From assembly GCA_011525295.1 (NCBI GenBank), contig WTGV01000043.1:1593-65592 (forward strand): DNA of 64,000 nt. The letters are read 5' to 3'. Made by a program: the position numbers and the translations under genes. Source of the DNA: Pseudomonadales bacterium (lineage in GTDB: Bacteria > Pseudomonadota > Gammaproteobacteria > Pseudomonadales > Azotimanducaceae). Under the pieces are notes generated by a model, which worked only from the letters and a program-made list of their open reading frames with translations, was not told the DNA's origin and did no database searches. Positions 45,830-55,528 of the stretch are shown one piece after another. The first letter of the stretch is position 1. Each line of letters opens with the position of its first letter.

Positions 45830-46441
45830 CTACCCCCGCGATTTCAGTTGCTGCTGGGCATGTTTTTCGACTCCCTCTGGCATAATGTGTATGAGTGCTT
45901 TTAGAGACTCGGGACTCGACTCAGCCCACACGACAATGATTGATTTCCAAAGTTCCTCACGGTCGAGTTTGTTCTTGAGCTGAGTGACCGCCGCGAATGC
46001 TCCAATGGGATCGGTTTGCACCCACGCTCCTGAGACTGTCCATAGAAACGCTTGTAAAATATCGTCCTCCAGCTCTTCCGACGCCACGTTGAATAGTTGC
46101 TGAAATCCACCCAATTCCTCTGCCATTGTGTGGGTGATGCTAGCGAGTACGACCGTTTGTAATGTTGGATCTACTTGAAGTTCTTTAAGCTCATTAAGCG
46201 CACCTAAACCATCGCTCTCAATCTTTGTTTCAATCGAGTTGGTCAACTCGAAGATCGAATCGAGACGAACATGATCGTAGTTTAATAGGTCTTTCCAAGT
46301 GAAGTATTCGTGAGATTCAACTAGAACCAAGGTGCGATTCGAGACGGCAAAATGAAGAAAGGCCGCAATCGTCAGACCGACAAAGATTCCGATTGCGTAA
46401 TGCACAGCTATGTGCAACCGTGGTTCATGCAGAGTATTCAT
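45830..46441 (-). CDS. hypothetical membrane-anchored protein
   Basis: The ATG at 46441 has a GAGGA SD 9 nt upstream. One TM (IAVHYAIGIFVGLTIAAFLHFAV) is followed by a helical soluble domain. No recognisable family. Confidence 0.45.
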   Translation of the reverse strand: MNTLHEPRLHIAVHYAIGIFVGLTIAAFLHFAVSNRTLVLVESHEYFTWKDLLNYDHVRLDSIFELTNSIETKIESDGLGALNELKELQVDPTLQTVVLASITHTMAEELGGFQQLFNVASEELEDDILQAFLWTVSGAWVQTDPIGAFAAVTQLKNKLDREELWKSIIVVWAESSPESLKALIHIMPEGVEKHAQQQLKSRG

Positions 46442-46779
46442 AGCGGGTATCCTCACTCTCCTTTCGTTCTTTATGTTGAGAGATTCGGTCTCTAACAGCA
46501 ACGAAAATCACATTGTAGCAATCTTTTTTGTGATTTCTAGTGTCTCGATAGTCGATACTCACATCTACCAGCAATCCACACAGCTGAAGATTGCGATCCG
46601 TAGCAACTGCACAACGTTCTAATGATTACGGTCGTCGCATATTCGCTAGTAGTGTGTGAACATTGATGCATAACCCGTCCAAGATAACATTTTTGTGTTC
46701 GACCTATATTCAATCTAATAAAATTTATAGTCGCAGTCGCTCTCGACGCCCATCGCCGATACAAGTGATGTCAAAATAA

Positions 46780-49700
46780 ACAATATCTCTGTCTACTTCC
46801 ATTTCAACCGTACTGAATAGCCGTCCATCTAGTGATAGCGAGCTTGCCCGAGCGATTCCACCCAAGGAGCAAGCAGTTACCTGGACTCACTGCATCGGCA
46901 GTGCTGGGGCCGAAGCACTAGCGGCCGTCATTGAGGCACATCCTCGTCTATATCTTGTTATTTCGTCCAGTGTCGAACAAGCCTACGAGTTACAAGCTCA
47001 ACTTTCGTTTTTCATCTCTGGTATTTCCGTACGTCAGTTTCCAGCACACGAAACACTACCTTACGACATTTTTTCACCGTCCGGTGACATCATCTCACAA
47101 AGACTAAAGACGCTATACGAACTACCCTCGATCACGAACGGAGTCATCGTCGTACCGATTCAGACATTGCTGCAACGAATTCCACCTCGCGACTATATTC
47201 TTCCACGCATGTTTCTCTTATCAGAGGGCGAAGAACTAGCCTTTGAATCACTGCTAGAACAACTTGTTCAAACTGGATATCGGAAAGTAGAGACCGTTTA
47301 TGAACATGGCGAATTTGCGGTACGAGGATCCCTTCTTGACTTCTTTCCGATGGGTACGTCCCATCCCATTCGAATTGACTTTTTTGATGATGTTGTTGAA
47401 AGTGTTCGATCCTTTGATCCAGATACTCAAAGGAGCGTCGACAAACTAAAAGATGTTCAAGTCATGCCCGCACACGAGTACCCACTCGATGAAACTGCGA
47501 TCGGACGCTTTCGCCAATCCTGGAATGCCACATTTCCAGCAGTCGAACGTCAATCGCCCGTATATCAAGACATTAGTGATGGAAAGGCAGTTGAAGGCAT
47601 TGAGTGCTACCTTCCACTGTTTTTTGACACCATGCACACCGTATTCGATTATTTGCCGGGAAGCTCGGTCGTAGTCGTCGCAGATCGGGTAATCGATGAA
47701 GCAGAAGAATTTCTGAGCGACGTACAACGAAGGTACGAAACTCACCGCATGGAAATCTTACGGCCTTTGCTACCACCCAATGAATTGTTTCTGACTACCG
47801 AACAACTTCGAAGTTTTTGGAACAAGTATCCTCGAATACACTTACAAAGAGACGAGACTAAAAGAAAACACTCTGTTTCCGTTGGAGGCAATGAACTACC
47901 GGATATCTCACTCGATGCGCGACGAAGCGAACCGGCCAAGAAAGCACGAGATTTCATCGCAAACCTGTCCGTGCCTGTTCTGGTCACTGCCGATACCAAA
48001 GGACGCCTACAACATGTTCAAGACGTTCTCGGACGCATGCAGATTCCAACATCTTCTGTTGATTCCTACGCCGAATTCTTAGAACAACACCAAGGTACTT
48101 TCGTAACCATTGGGCAGTTTCAAGAGGGACTATGGATCGAAGATCATGTAATCCTTACAGAGACACAACTGTTCGGCGAGCGTGCCGAGACTACAAGACA
48201 ACGTTCTCGCCAAAAGGCGTTCGATCCCGACACTATTATCCGCAATCTCACGGAACTGAAACCCGGAGATCCAGTAGTGCACATCGATCATGGGGTCGGC
48301 CGGTACGTAGGCATGGAAACCCTCTCGTTCCGTGCTGAGGTAACCGACTTTGTGACCATCGAATACGCTGACAAAGACAAGTTATATGTGCCAATCTCCT
48401 CCCTTGATTTAATCTCAAGATATACCGGTGTCGAGGCTGATCACGCACCCTTACACAAACTAGGATCTGATGCTTGGGCCAAATTAAAGCATCGTGCAGC
48501 CAAGAAGATCTATGACGTTGCCGTCGAATTGTTGAGTATCTATGCACGACGTAAAGCAACTCGGTCCGTTTCGTTTCCGGACACCGATACTGATTTTGAA
48601 AACTTTTGCGACGAGTGCGAGTTTGAACTCACTGTCGACCAAGCAGAAACAACCGACAAGATTCTTGAAGACCTACAGAGCTCACAGGCTACGGATCGAT
48701 TGGTTTGTGGAGATGTCGGATTCGGAAAGACCGAAGTAGCGATGCGTGCTGCGTTCCACGTCGTACAGGCTGGATTTCAAGTCATCGTTTTGGTACCGAC
48801 AACCATACTTGCACAGCAACACTATGAGACATTCACAGATCGATTTGCGAATTGGCCGCACGTAATCGAACTGATGTCCAGATTTCGAACGGACCACGAG
48901 ATCAAAGTGATTAGTGAGCGTATCGCAACTGGATCCGTGGACATCGTGATTGGCACGCACAAACTTCTTCGCACCAAGGTCAACTTCAAGCAGTTGGGCT
49001 TACTCGTAATCGACGAAGAACATCGGTTTGGAGTCCGAGATAAAGAGCGAATCAAGAACTTTAAAGCCGAAGTCGACACCATTACTCTAACAGCTACGCC
49101 AATTCCACGTACTTTGAACCTGTCTATGGGTGGATTGCGAGATCTCTCGCTCATTACCACTCCACCTGCCAATCGTCTCGCCGTCAAGACGTTTGTCGTA
49201 CCCTACAACCCTGTGGTTGTTTCCGATGCGATCAGTCGGGAGCTAGCGCGTGGGGGTCAAGTCTTTTACCTACACAACAAAGTTCAAACCATTCACAATG
49301 CGTTTGAGGGAATCAAACATCTAGTGCCTCACGCTCGCGTCGACGTCGGGCACGGACAGATGAAAAAACGCGACCTAGAGAGGGTGATGTCAGACTTTTA
49401 TCATCGCAAGAGCAATGTATTGGTTTGTACTACCATCATCGAAAGTGGTATTGATATTCCAAACGCAAACACGATCATCATTGATCGTGCGGACAAATTT
49501 GGATTAGCGCAATTGCACCAGTTGCGGGGTCGTGTAGGTCGTTCCACTCGCCAAGCTTACGCATACCTTTTAACACCAGACGATGATGTCATTTTCACTG
49601 TGGATGCGAAGCAAAGATTAGATGCAATCGTTAAGTCCGACGATCTTGGAAGTGGATTTTCCCTGTCCATGCACGACCTAGAGATTCGTGGTGCTGGAGA

Positions 49701-50280
49701 AATCCTCGGACAACAACAACATGGCCAGTTAGAATCCATTGGGTTCACGTTGTACATGCAAATGCTTAATCACACGGTCGACACGATCAAGAGCGGTGGG
49801 ATGCCCAATTTTGAAGATCCACTACCTATGACACATGAGGTAAACTTAGAGACGACCGCCCTCTTTCCAGAAGATTACATACCTAATACACACACCCGCT
49901 TGGTGTTATACAAACGGCTTGCTTCACTAACCACTCAATTCGAACTTGATGAATTCAAAGCCGAAATGATCGACCGATTTGGAACATTACCCGAGTCTGC
50001 AGAGGTGCTATTTCTGACTACCCACTTGAAGATGTTAGCACAACAAAAAGGTGTGAAACGTGTCATCGCTGGCGAACGAGGAGGCAGTATCGAGTTCTTC
50101 CCACATGCTGACCTAAATCCACAATCAATTACTTCATTGGTGTTAGCAAATCCACGAAGCTTGAGAGTCTTACAAGAGCACAAGATTTCATTATCGGAGT
50201 TGCCCGAGGACGTAACTGAACGAGGGTACTTCGTCGAACATTGCCTCAATCGGATAAGCCTTCTGAATTCACAGATATGA
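46780..50280 (+). CDS. mfd: transcription-repair coupling factor (start codon unresolved)
   Basis: GDVGFGKTEVAMRAAF, DEEHRFGV, QLRGRVGRS and the TRG/D7 regions are present. The conserved N-terminal module (...IGSAGAEALAAV...FPAHETLPYDIFSPSGDIISQRL...) is in frame upstream of the ORF-track TTG at 47167. The frame is open from 46780 with no in-frame ATG, GTG or TTG. Confidence 0.85.
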   Translation, partial: TISLSTSISTVLNSRPSSDSELARAIPPKEQAVTWTHCIGSAGAEALAAVIEAHPRLYLVISSSVEQAYELQAQLSFFISGISVRQFPAHETLPYDIFSPSGDIISQRLKTLYELPSITNGVIVVPIQTLLQRIPPRDYILPRMFLLSEGEELAFESLLEQLVQTGYRKVETVYEHGEFAVRGSLLDFFPMGTSHPIRIDFFDDVVESVRSFDPDTQRSVDKLKDVQVMPAHEYPLDETAIGRFRQSWNATFPAVERQSPVYQDISDGKAVEGIECYLPLFFDTMHTVFDYLPGSSVVVVADRVIDEAEEFLSDVQRRYETHRMEILRPLLPPNELFLTTEQLRSFWNKYPRIHLQRDETKRKHSVSVGGNELPDISLDARRSEPAKKARDFIANLSVPVLVTADTKGRLQHVQDVLGRMQIPTSSVDSYAEFLEQHQGTFVTIGQFQEGLWIEDHVILTETQLFGERAETTRQRSRQKAFDPDTIIRNLTELKPGDPVVHIDHGVGRYVGMETLSFRAEVTDFVTIEYADKDKLYVPISSLDLISRYTGVEADHAPLHKLGSDAWAKLKHRAAKKIYDVAVELLSIYARRKATRSVSFPDTDTDFENFCDECEFELTVDQAETTDKILEDLQSSQATDRLVCGDVGFGKTEVAMRAAFHVVQAGFQVIVLVPTTILAQQHYETFTDRFANWPHVIELMSRFRTDHEIKVISERIATGSVDIVIGTHKLLRTKVNFKQLGLLVIDEEHRFGVRDKERIKNFKAEVDTITLTATPIPRTLNLSMGGLRDLSLITTPPANRLAVKTFVVPYNPVVVSDAISRELARGGQVFYLHNKVQTIHNAFEGIKHLVPHARVDVGHGQMKKRDLERVMSDFYHRKSNVLVCTTIIESGIDIPNANTIIIDRADKFGLAQLHQLRGRVGRSTRQAYAYLLTPDDDVIFTVDAKQRLDAIVKSDDLGSGFSLSMHDLEIRGAGEILGQQQHGQLESIGFTLYMQMLNHTVDTIKSGGMPNFEDPLPMTHEVNLETTALFPEDYIPNTHTRLVLYKRLASLTTQFELDEFKAEMIDRFGTLPESAEVLFLTTHLKMLAQQKGVKRVIAGERGGSIEFFPHADLNPQSITSLVLANPRSLRVLQEHKISLSELPEDVTERGYFVEHCLNRISLLNSQI

Positions 50281-51461
50281 ACGCAAAGCTTCTAATCGGT
50301 TTTGTAATACTACTCGGTATGGTCTGGCAAGCTAGTGCTGACACTCCCGACAGTTTTTTGAAACACCGTTGGTACTCGATTGAAATAGTTGTATTTGAAA
50401 AAGTACCTACACCCCCTACTCCAGAATTAGTGATAAACGTAGTCGAAAAACGTGTGTTACCCGCGGGCACGATTGCAATGCAGTTGAGCGATGAGGAACT
50501 AGCTCGAATTCGCGAATATTCCAGTGCTGTGAATTTTGACGCTGTCGTCGATGATTGGTTTTTTGACAATCCTTGGCAAGTCTCACCAACAAAGAAGGAG
50601 CCTTCTCAGACTGATCAAGACCACGACATTGAAACTGATGACAAGTATTCAGACGGTTGTTGGATGCACATTGTGAATCTCGAGGAAGACGTGTCGACCG
50701 GTTTCGAATCTCATGACGAATGGTCAGAACGACTTGCTAATCTCTTCCAAGAAAATCGAGCACGTGATCCCAGACTACCAGATTGGATGCCCGATGTGTG
50801 GCAGACGTTCGACCGCAACATTATCGATGCAGCGAAAGCTCTCGGTCTCTGCGATGAAGACGTAGCTCCCTTATTTGACGAGGAGTATTTAGACTTTATG
50901 AGGCTCGTTAAACCTGAAGATGTAGATTTGCAGAACGAAGAAGACGAAAAACTCACACCTAGTGTGGTCCTGGATGCGTTTGATGAGTATGAACAGGAAC
51001 TCAATCGTACTGCTCTGACTCCTCAATCCAGTAGCCTCAATCTTCAGCAAACTGCAATTCGTCTGAAAAACAACAGCTATCGTATCATCGACCATTTTTC
51101 TTGGATTCAGGATGGTCGAGCGAGAGGTAGCGAAGCTAACGTTTTAGTTCAATTTGGTCAACACTTTGAGAGGGGTTTTCGCGAAGTGGAAGGAACTATT
51201 GCATTCAGCGTTGCTAGATTCTTACACTTGAAATTGAATTTGTGGAGATTTGTTCCCGTACCACAAAATTACGATCCGACCGAAACAGATTTCGAATCAC
51301 CAATATTCTTTTACGAAATTCAAGAGAGTAGACGCTTAGCGTTGGGTGAGGTCCACTATTTCGACCATCCTAAATTTGGCGTCCTAGTTCAGATTAGGCG
51401 ATTACCAATACCTGTCGATCTTACCGAGTTAGTTGAGCAATTGAATAGTTCGTCCTATTAG
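50277..51461 (+). CDS. CsiV/DUF2803-like periplasmic protein
   Basis: The ATG at 50277 overlaps the mfd stop (ATGA). Signal peptide MNAKLLIGFVILLGMVWQASA. WYSIEIVVFEK and HYFDHPKFGVLVQI resemble the CsiV family, which sits after mfd in other Gammaproteobacteria (from memory). Confidence 0.45.
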   Translation: MNAKLLIGFVILLGMVWQASADTPDSFLKHRWYSIEIVVFEKVPTPPTPELVINVVEKRVLPAGTIAMQLSDEELARIREYSSAVNFDAVVDDWFFDNPWQVSPTKKEPSQTDQDHDIETDDKYSDGCWMHIVNLEEDVSTGFESHDEWSERLANLFQENRARDPRLPDWMPDVWQTFDRNIIDAAKALGLCDEDVAPLFDEEYLDFMRLVKPEDVDLQNEEDEKLTPSVVLDAFDEYEQELNRTALTPQSSSLNLQQTAIRLKNNSYRIIDHFSWIQDGRARGSEANVLVQFGQHFERGFREVEGTIAFSVARFLHLKLNLWRFVPVPQNYDPTETDFESPIFFYEIQESRRLALGEVHYFDHPKFGVLVQIRRLPIPVDLTELVEQLNSSSY

Positions 51462-52160
51462 ACCTCGCAACGTCTCAATGGAAGAGGTAGCGATAGTATG
51501 GGCGTGCTTCAAATCGATTTCGCTGGGAGTCAATCCCGCAGCGACGTTCACAACTAGACATACTGCAGCGTACTCTAGTTCGAGTTCTCGCGCTAACGAC
51601 GCTTCTGGCATGAGAGTCATACCTACCAAATCACAGCCATCCTGCTTCAACCGAGTAATCTCCGCGCCGGTCTCTAGGCGTGGCCCTTGAGTACAGCCAT
51701 AAGTGCCGCGATTGAGTATCTCATTGGGTTTTGGATCTTGTCTCGATTGGATCAGAATCTGTCTTAGTCGATCGGTGAATGGATACGTGAAGTCGTAGTG
51801 TTTAACCGGCAAATCTCCGAAAAAAGTGTGATCGCGTCCGAATGTGTAATCAACGATTTGATCAGGGATCATTATGTCCCCTACATTCAGTTGTGAGCTA
51901 ATTCCACCTACTGTAGCCGTCGCGAGGATCTGATTCACTCCACAGTCTTTTAACGCCCACATATTCGCTCGATAGTTCACCTTGTGTGCGTATGTGCCAC
52001 CATCTTTGCCGTGACGCGCTAATAGAAGAACTCTCGGTCCAAAGATATCCGTTTCCACTAGATTTGAAGAAGTAGTGCCAAACGGAGTCTCAATAGGTTC
52101 TACGAATAGACCGTCTTCAATTATCGAACGCAGTGAGGTACCAAGAATAATCGCTTGCAT
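51429..52160 (-). CDS. mtnP: S-methyl-5'-thioadenosine/thioinosine phosphorylase (PNP family)
   Basis: LLARHGKDG..YAHKVNYRANMWALKDCGV...TVGGIS...GCTQGPRLET...MTLMPEASLAREL matches the MTAP/MTIP pattern. 243 aa. Confidence 0.75.
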   Translation of the reverse strand: MQAIILGTSLRSIIEDGLFVEPIETPFGTTSSNLVETDIFGPRVLLLARHGKDGGTYAHKVNYRANMWALKDCGVNQILATATVGGISSQLNVGDIMIPDQIVDYTFGRDHTFFGDLPVKHYDFTYPFTDRLRQILIQSRQDPKPNEILNRGTYGCTQGPRLETGAEITRLKQDGCDLVGMTLMPEASLARELELEYAAVCLVVNVAAGLTPSEIDLKHAHTIATSSIETLRGLIGRTIQLLN

Positions 52161-52353
52161 AGATGTCTAGTGTGATTCAGTCGAATATGGTTGATTTGAT
52201 GGAGTTTTATTCGTACAGGAAACACGTGAGCACAAGTGCTTGTATTTTGGCTACTTCAGCAGAATTCGGGATCTTGTTCTCCATCTATTGCTAGTAAATT
52301 GAGGAGCGCGTCGTAAGGAATCCCACTAGATTTTGTGGTTCACTTATGACGCA

Positions 52354-52397
52354 CAAAATAGTTTGTTGCTCACTTTTCGCCAAAAGTGAGCAACAAA
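52354..52397 (-). terminator. strong rho-independent terminator after fic
   Basis: A perfect 16-bp stem (52362-52377 with 52382-52397) with loop CGCC. On the minus strand it is followed by CTATTTTGT. It lies 24 nt past the fic stop. Confidence 0.7.
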
Positions 52398-52420
52398 ACG
52401 CATCTCTTTCAATCTCACGA

Positions 52421-53524
52421 TCAAACATCTACGATGTCAAGAAGATCTGGAAATACAAACACTTCTGCTCGGCGACCGCGACCGCTTCGAAGCTGTTTTA
52501 TGATTTTCTGCTCACGGAAAACACCAATCAGCCTTCGCGACGTCGCGGAAGATACTCCCGACCCGTTCAAGAAGTCCGAACTGAGAAATATTGGATATTC
52601 AAAAATCCAATCAAGCGCACGCATAGCGTAGGAAGATCTCGTTAGATCGGGAAGATGTTGTTTCAAGGTGTCGTAAAGCTCGAGTATGCTCTCCGCTTGT
52701 TTGAAATTTGCCTCTGCTTGGTTCGCAACCGCATTTAGAAAAAATGTGATCCATCGCATCCAGTCGCCGTCTCGCGATACTGACAATAAACCCTCGTAGT
52801 ATTGTTCTCGGTTTGCTTCAAGAAAAGAACTGATGTAAAAACGCGGTTGAAAAATTATTTCCCATCGCCACAAAAGCAACGGAATTATCATACGACCGAT
52901 TCGCCCATTTCCGTCTATAAATGGATGAATGGCTTCGAATTCCGCATGTAAAACCGCAAGTTGAACTAGCCGATCAGGAACATCGTCGCTGTGCATGTAC
53001 TTTTCCCAATCAGACATTGCATTGGGAATTGAAACTGCAGAAGGTGGAATATATCTCGCTTCTTCAATGCTACATCCAGGTCGGCCGATCCAGTTGGAAA
53101 TCCGTCGATATGACCCGGGATCTTTATTTTGACCTCGAGTTCCTTGTAGTAGAGTACGATGGGCTTCTAAAATAACTCGTTGCGATAAAGGAACGGTTTC
53201 TAAGGTCTGCTCTGCGTCGTATAACGCTCGACGATAATTGAGAATTTCTTGAACATCCTCTTGACGTGTTGAGGGAGGAGTGTCCTGCCCAGCGTCAAAT
53301 TCCAGGACTTCGCCCATTGAGGCTATAGTGCCCTCTATGCGAGAAGATAGAACTGCTTCGTGCGTCGCTAGTGGAGTGATAAGAATGTTCGAATTAGGGA
53401 TTGCGCGAAGCATACTGTCGTATCGAGCAACGGCAGCGGCTGTTGGACCAAGGAGAGGAATAAGCTCACTCCAATCGATGTTGTTTGGAGGAAACTGTCC
53501 CGAATGATAAGTGACTGGGGACAT
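52421..53524 (-). CDS. Fic/Fido-domain protein, class II (internal inhibitory helix), with a C-terminal wHTH-like region
   Basis: Canonical Fic motif HPFIDGNGRIGR (res 200-211, nt 52892-52927). The inhibitory motif [ST]xxxE[GN] appears as SSRIEG (res 60-65, nt 53330-53347). SD AGAAGG lies 5 nt upstream of the ATG. Confidence 0.85.
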   Translation of the reverse strand: MSPVTYHSGQFPPNNIDWSELIPLLGPTAAAVARYDSMLRAIPNSNILITPLATHEAVLSSRIEGTIASMGEVLEFDAGQDTPPSTRQEDVQEILNYRRALYDAEQTLETVPLSQRVILEAHRTLLQGTRGQNKDPGSYRRISNWIGRPGCSIEEARYIPPSAVSIPNAMSDWEKYMHSDDVPDRLVQLAVLHAEFEAIHPFIDGNGRIGRMIIPLLLWRWEIIFQPRFYISSFLEANREQYYEGLLSVSRDGDWMRWITFFLNAVANQAEANFKQAESILELYDTLKQHLPDLTRSSYAMRALDWIFEYPIFLSSDFLNGSGVSSATSRRLIGVFREQKIIKQLRSGRGRRAEVFVFPDLLDIVDV

Positions 53525-53953
53525 TACAACCTTCTACCAGTGTAAACCACTAACTGACGGAGGCAGTCGTTCTCATGTCCAAAACTGTCCGAAAACTCGA
53601 GGAAGAAAGAACCATTTCTTGATTCGTGGCTCACGGACTGATACTCTTTAACCATCTTAACGTACGAACTATTTAAAAAAATATTATCATTGCGTTAATC
53701 GATTTTGTGAAGTTAAACGCTTTGCTACGTTTGAGACGTCGATTCTTGACCAAACGTTGAACTCCAATCCTCAATCGAGAAATGGCTCTAGACACACTCA
53801 AACCCTTATATCACAAGCATAGTTAGCATGTGGTCGAGATTTAATCTTCTAATCGGTGGGCAGACAGGGAGTCGTGGACACCTCAGCAAATTGACATACA
53901 AGACATTGCGAAGTCAAAAGAGTGTACTCAAATACAAGTGTAATAGTAAGCTT

Positions 53954-55390
53954 TTAGGGCAGCAATTCCCCTAACTTTGCTTCTAGTTCGCCGCCGCTAA
54001 GATTCTTAGCAACGATGGTTCCTGTGTCCACTTCGTACAGCAACGAATAGGGTATTCCAATTACAGAATAAGTCCTAACTGCGTCTGCTTCCGAACCCAT
54101 ACCTAGATTGATCCACGGAATCTCTTCCTCTTCTGAAGCTACTTTCCAATCTTCGTGTGCGTCGTCCAATGTGAAGGAGACGATCTCGAATCCTTTGTCC
54201 TTGAAGGTAGCGTAGGCTTCTTTGAGGTACGGAAGCTCAGTCCGGCAAGGACCACACCAAGAAGCCCAAAAATCCAATAATACCACTTCGGCATCTTTGT
54301 GCGCGTTGCTTAATGACATTGATGCACCGGCAAGATCAACAGCTTCAAAATCCAAAATGGGTGTTCCAATGGCAATCAAATCTCGCTTGTCGATTCGCGC
54401 CTGGTGTTCCTGATCTTTCTTGATGATTTTGGCAATCCACGGGTCGTCGGGCGCGTTTTCTTTGAGATAAGCCATCGCCTCGGTATACCAGGTGCCTGTA
54501 GTCACGGTAGTAGTTTGGAGAGTAAGTCGCCGGACTAATAGATCGGCATCGTTCAAAGCTATTTCCTTTCGTCCCTCAGATTCGAGCTCCACTAGCTGAG
54601 TGAATTGAGCTCGAGTCGCTGCCATTTTTTCGAAACGCGCTTGTGCAGAGCTAGGACTGGAATCGCCTAGCTCTTCTTGATACAGAACCAACGCGTTCAT
54701 GTATTCGTCGCTCTGCTTCCAAGAGTTGATTACAACATCGTTGTAAGTACCACCGTCAACGACAAAATGTTCATGTCTGTCCATGGTCAATGAGAGATTA
54801 CCTGGTTCCAAAATAAAACTCTGCGATCTCATCGGCATTCTGATGGGACTGTTAACTCGCTCGGCTTTCGTCACAGAAAAATTTATTGGTTTAATCTCGT
54901 CTACTTCCGTCGTAAGTGAAAACTTTCCTTGATCTATTGTCGTTTCTGCTAGAACAATAGCACCGTTGGGTATGGTATCCTGTAACAAAATCGAACGTGC
55001 TGACATGGAAATCGCAGACGATGAACTGGTTGAAGTATTGCTGCTCGCAATAGCTGGAGACGCTAAGGTACTGCCACTTCCTCGAGTTGATGAGGAGACA
55101 CTAGAGCTCCTACTTGATGCAGCTACACTCTGCGTATCGGAATTTGAATCTGTCATCGCAATTGATATCGCACCACCGAGTGATTCAACCTCAGGTACCC
55201 ACAAAACGAAAATACCGCTCGCATATGCGGCAGACACATCTCCTTGCAACTCCAAAATTTTGGATTGGGACTCGTCCCCATCGTCGCCGCCACCACTACA
55301 CGCGACAAACACTACAGAAGTTATCAGCAATAAACCAGCCGCCGCAAACGTTCTCAAAAAAGTCTGTCCCAAGAATTGTTGTCTGTTCAC
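53954..55390 (-). CDS. TlpA/ResA-like thiol:disulfide oxidoreductase lipoprotein with a long N-terminal extension
   Basis: Signal/lipobox LLLITSVVFVAC-SGG. Ser-rich linker SSRSSSVSSSTRGSGS...SSNTSTSSSS. C-terminal thioredoxin fold FWASWCGPCRTELP. Confidence 0.7.
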   Translation of the reverse strand: MNRQQFLGQTFLRTFAAAGLLLITSVVFVACSGGGDDGDESQSKILELQGDVSAAYASGIFVLWVPEVESLGGAISIAMTDSNSDTQSVAASSRSSSVSSSTRGSGSTLASPAIASSNTSTSSSSAISMSARSILLQDTIPNGAIVLAETTIDQGKFSLTTEVDEIKPINFSVTKAERVNSPIRMPMRSQSFILEPGNLSLTMDRHEHFVVDGGTYNDVVINSWKQSDEYMNALVLYQEELGDSSPSSAQARFEKMAATRAQFTQLVELESEGRKEIALNDADLLVRRLTLQTTTVTTGTWYTEAMAYLKENAPDDPWIAKIIKKDQEHQARIDKRDLIAIGTPILDFEAVDLAGASMSLSNAHKDAEVVLLDFWASWCGPCRTELPYLKEAYATFKDKGFEIVSFTLDDAHEDWKVASEEEEIPWINLGMGSEADAVRTYSVIGIPYSLLYEVDTGTIVAKNLSGGELEAKLGELLP

Positions 55391-55528
55391 GAGATGAACC
55401 TCCGTAATCTAGTCCCCAGGCACAGTACATGCCTCAAACTGAAGTTTCAATACAAAATTTTAGTAGTTTCAGGGCTATTCGATGAATGGTAGTCAGATCA
55501 AACCAAACTGTACCACAGATAATCGCGC

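Noticed and set aside
53524-53655. A 43-codon minus-strand sORF (MVKEYQSVSHESRNGSFFLEFSDSFGHENDCLRQLVVYTGRRL) whose TAA overlaps the fic ATG (TAATG), reminiscent of a FicA/VbhA-type antitoxin gene.
   Set aside because: There is no SD before its ATG. It lacks the [ST]xxxE[GN] inhibitory motif; SVSHES is the closest match. The Fic protein already carries its own inhibitory helix (class II), so a separate antitoxin is not expected. The overlap may be coincidental. It is worth a glance in Ribo-seq data only.
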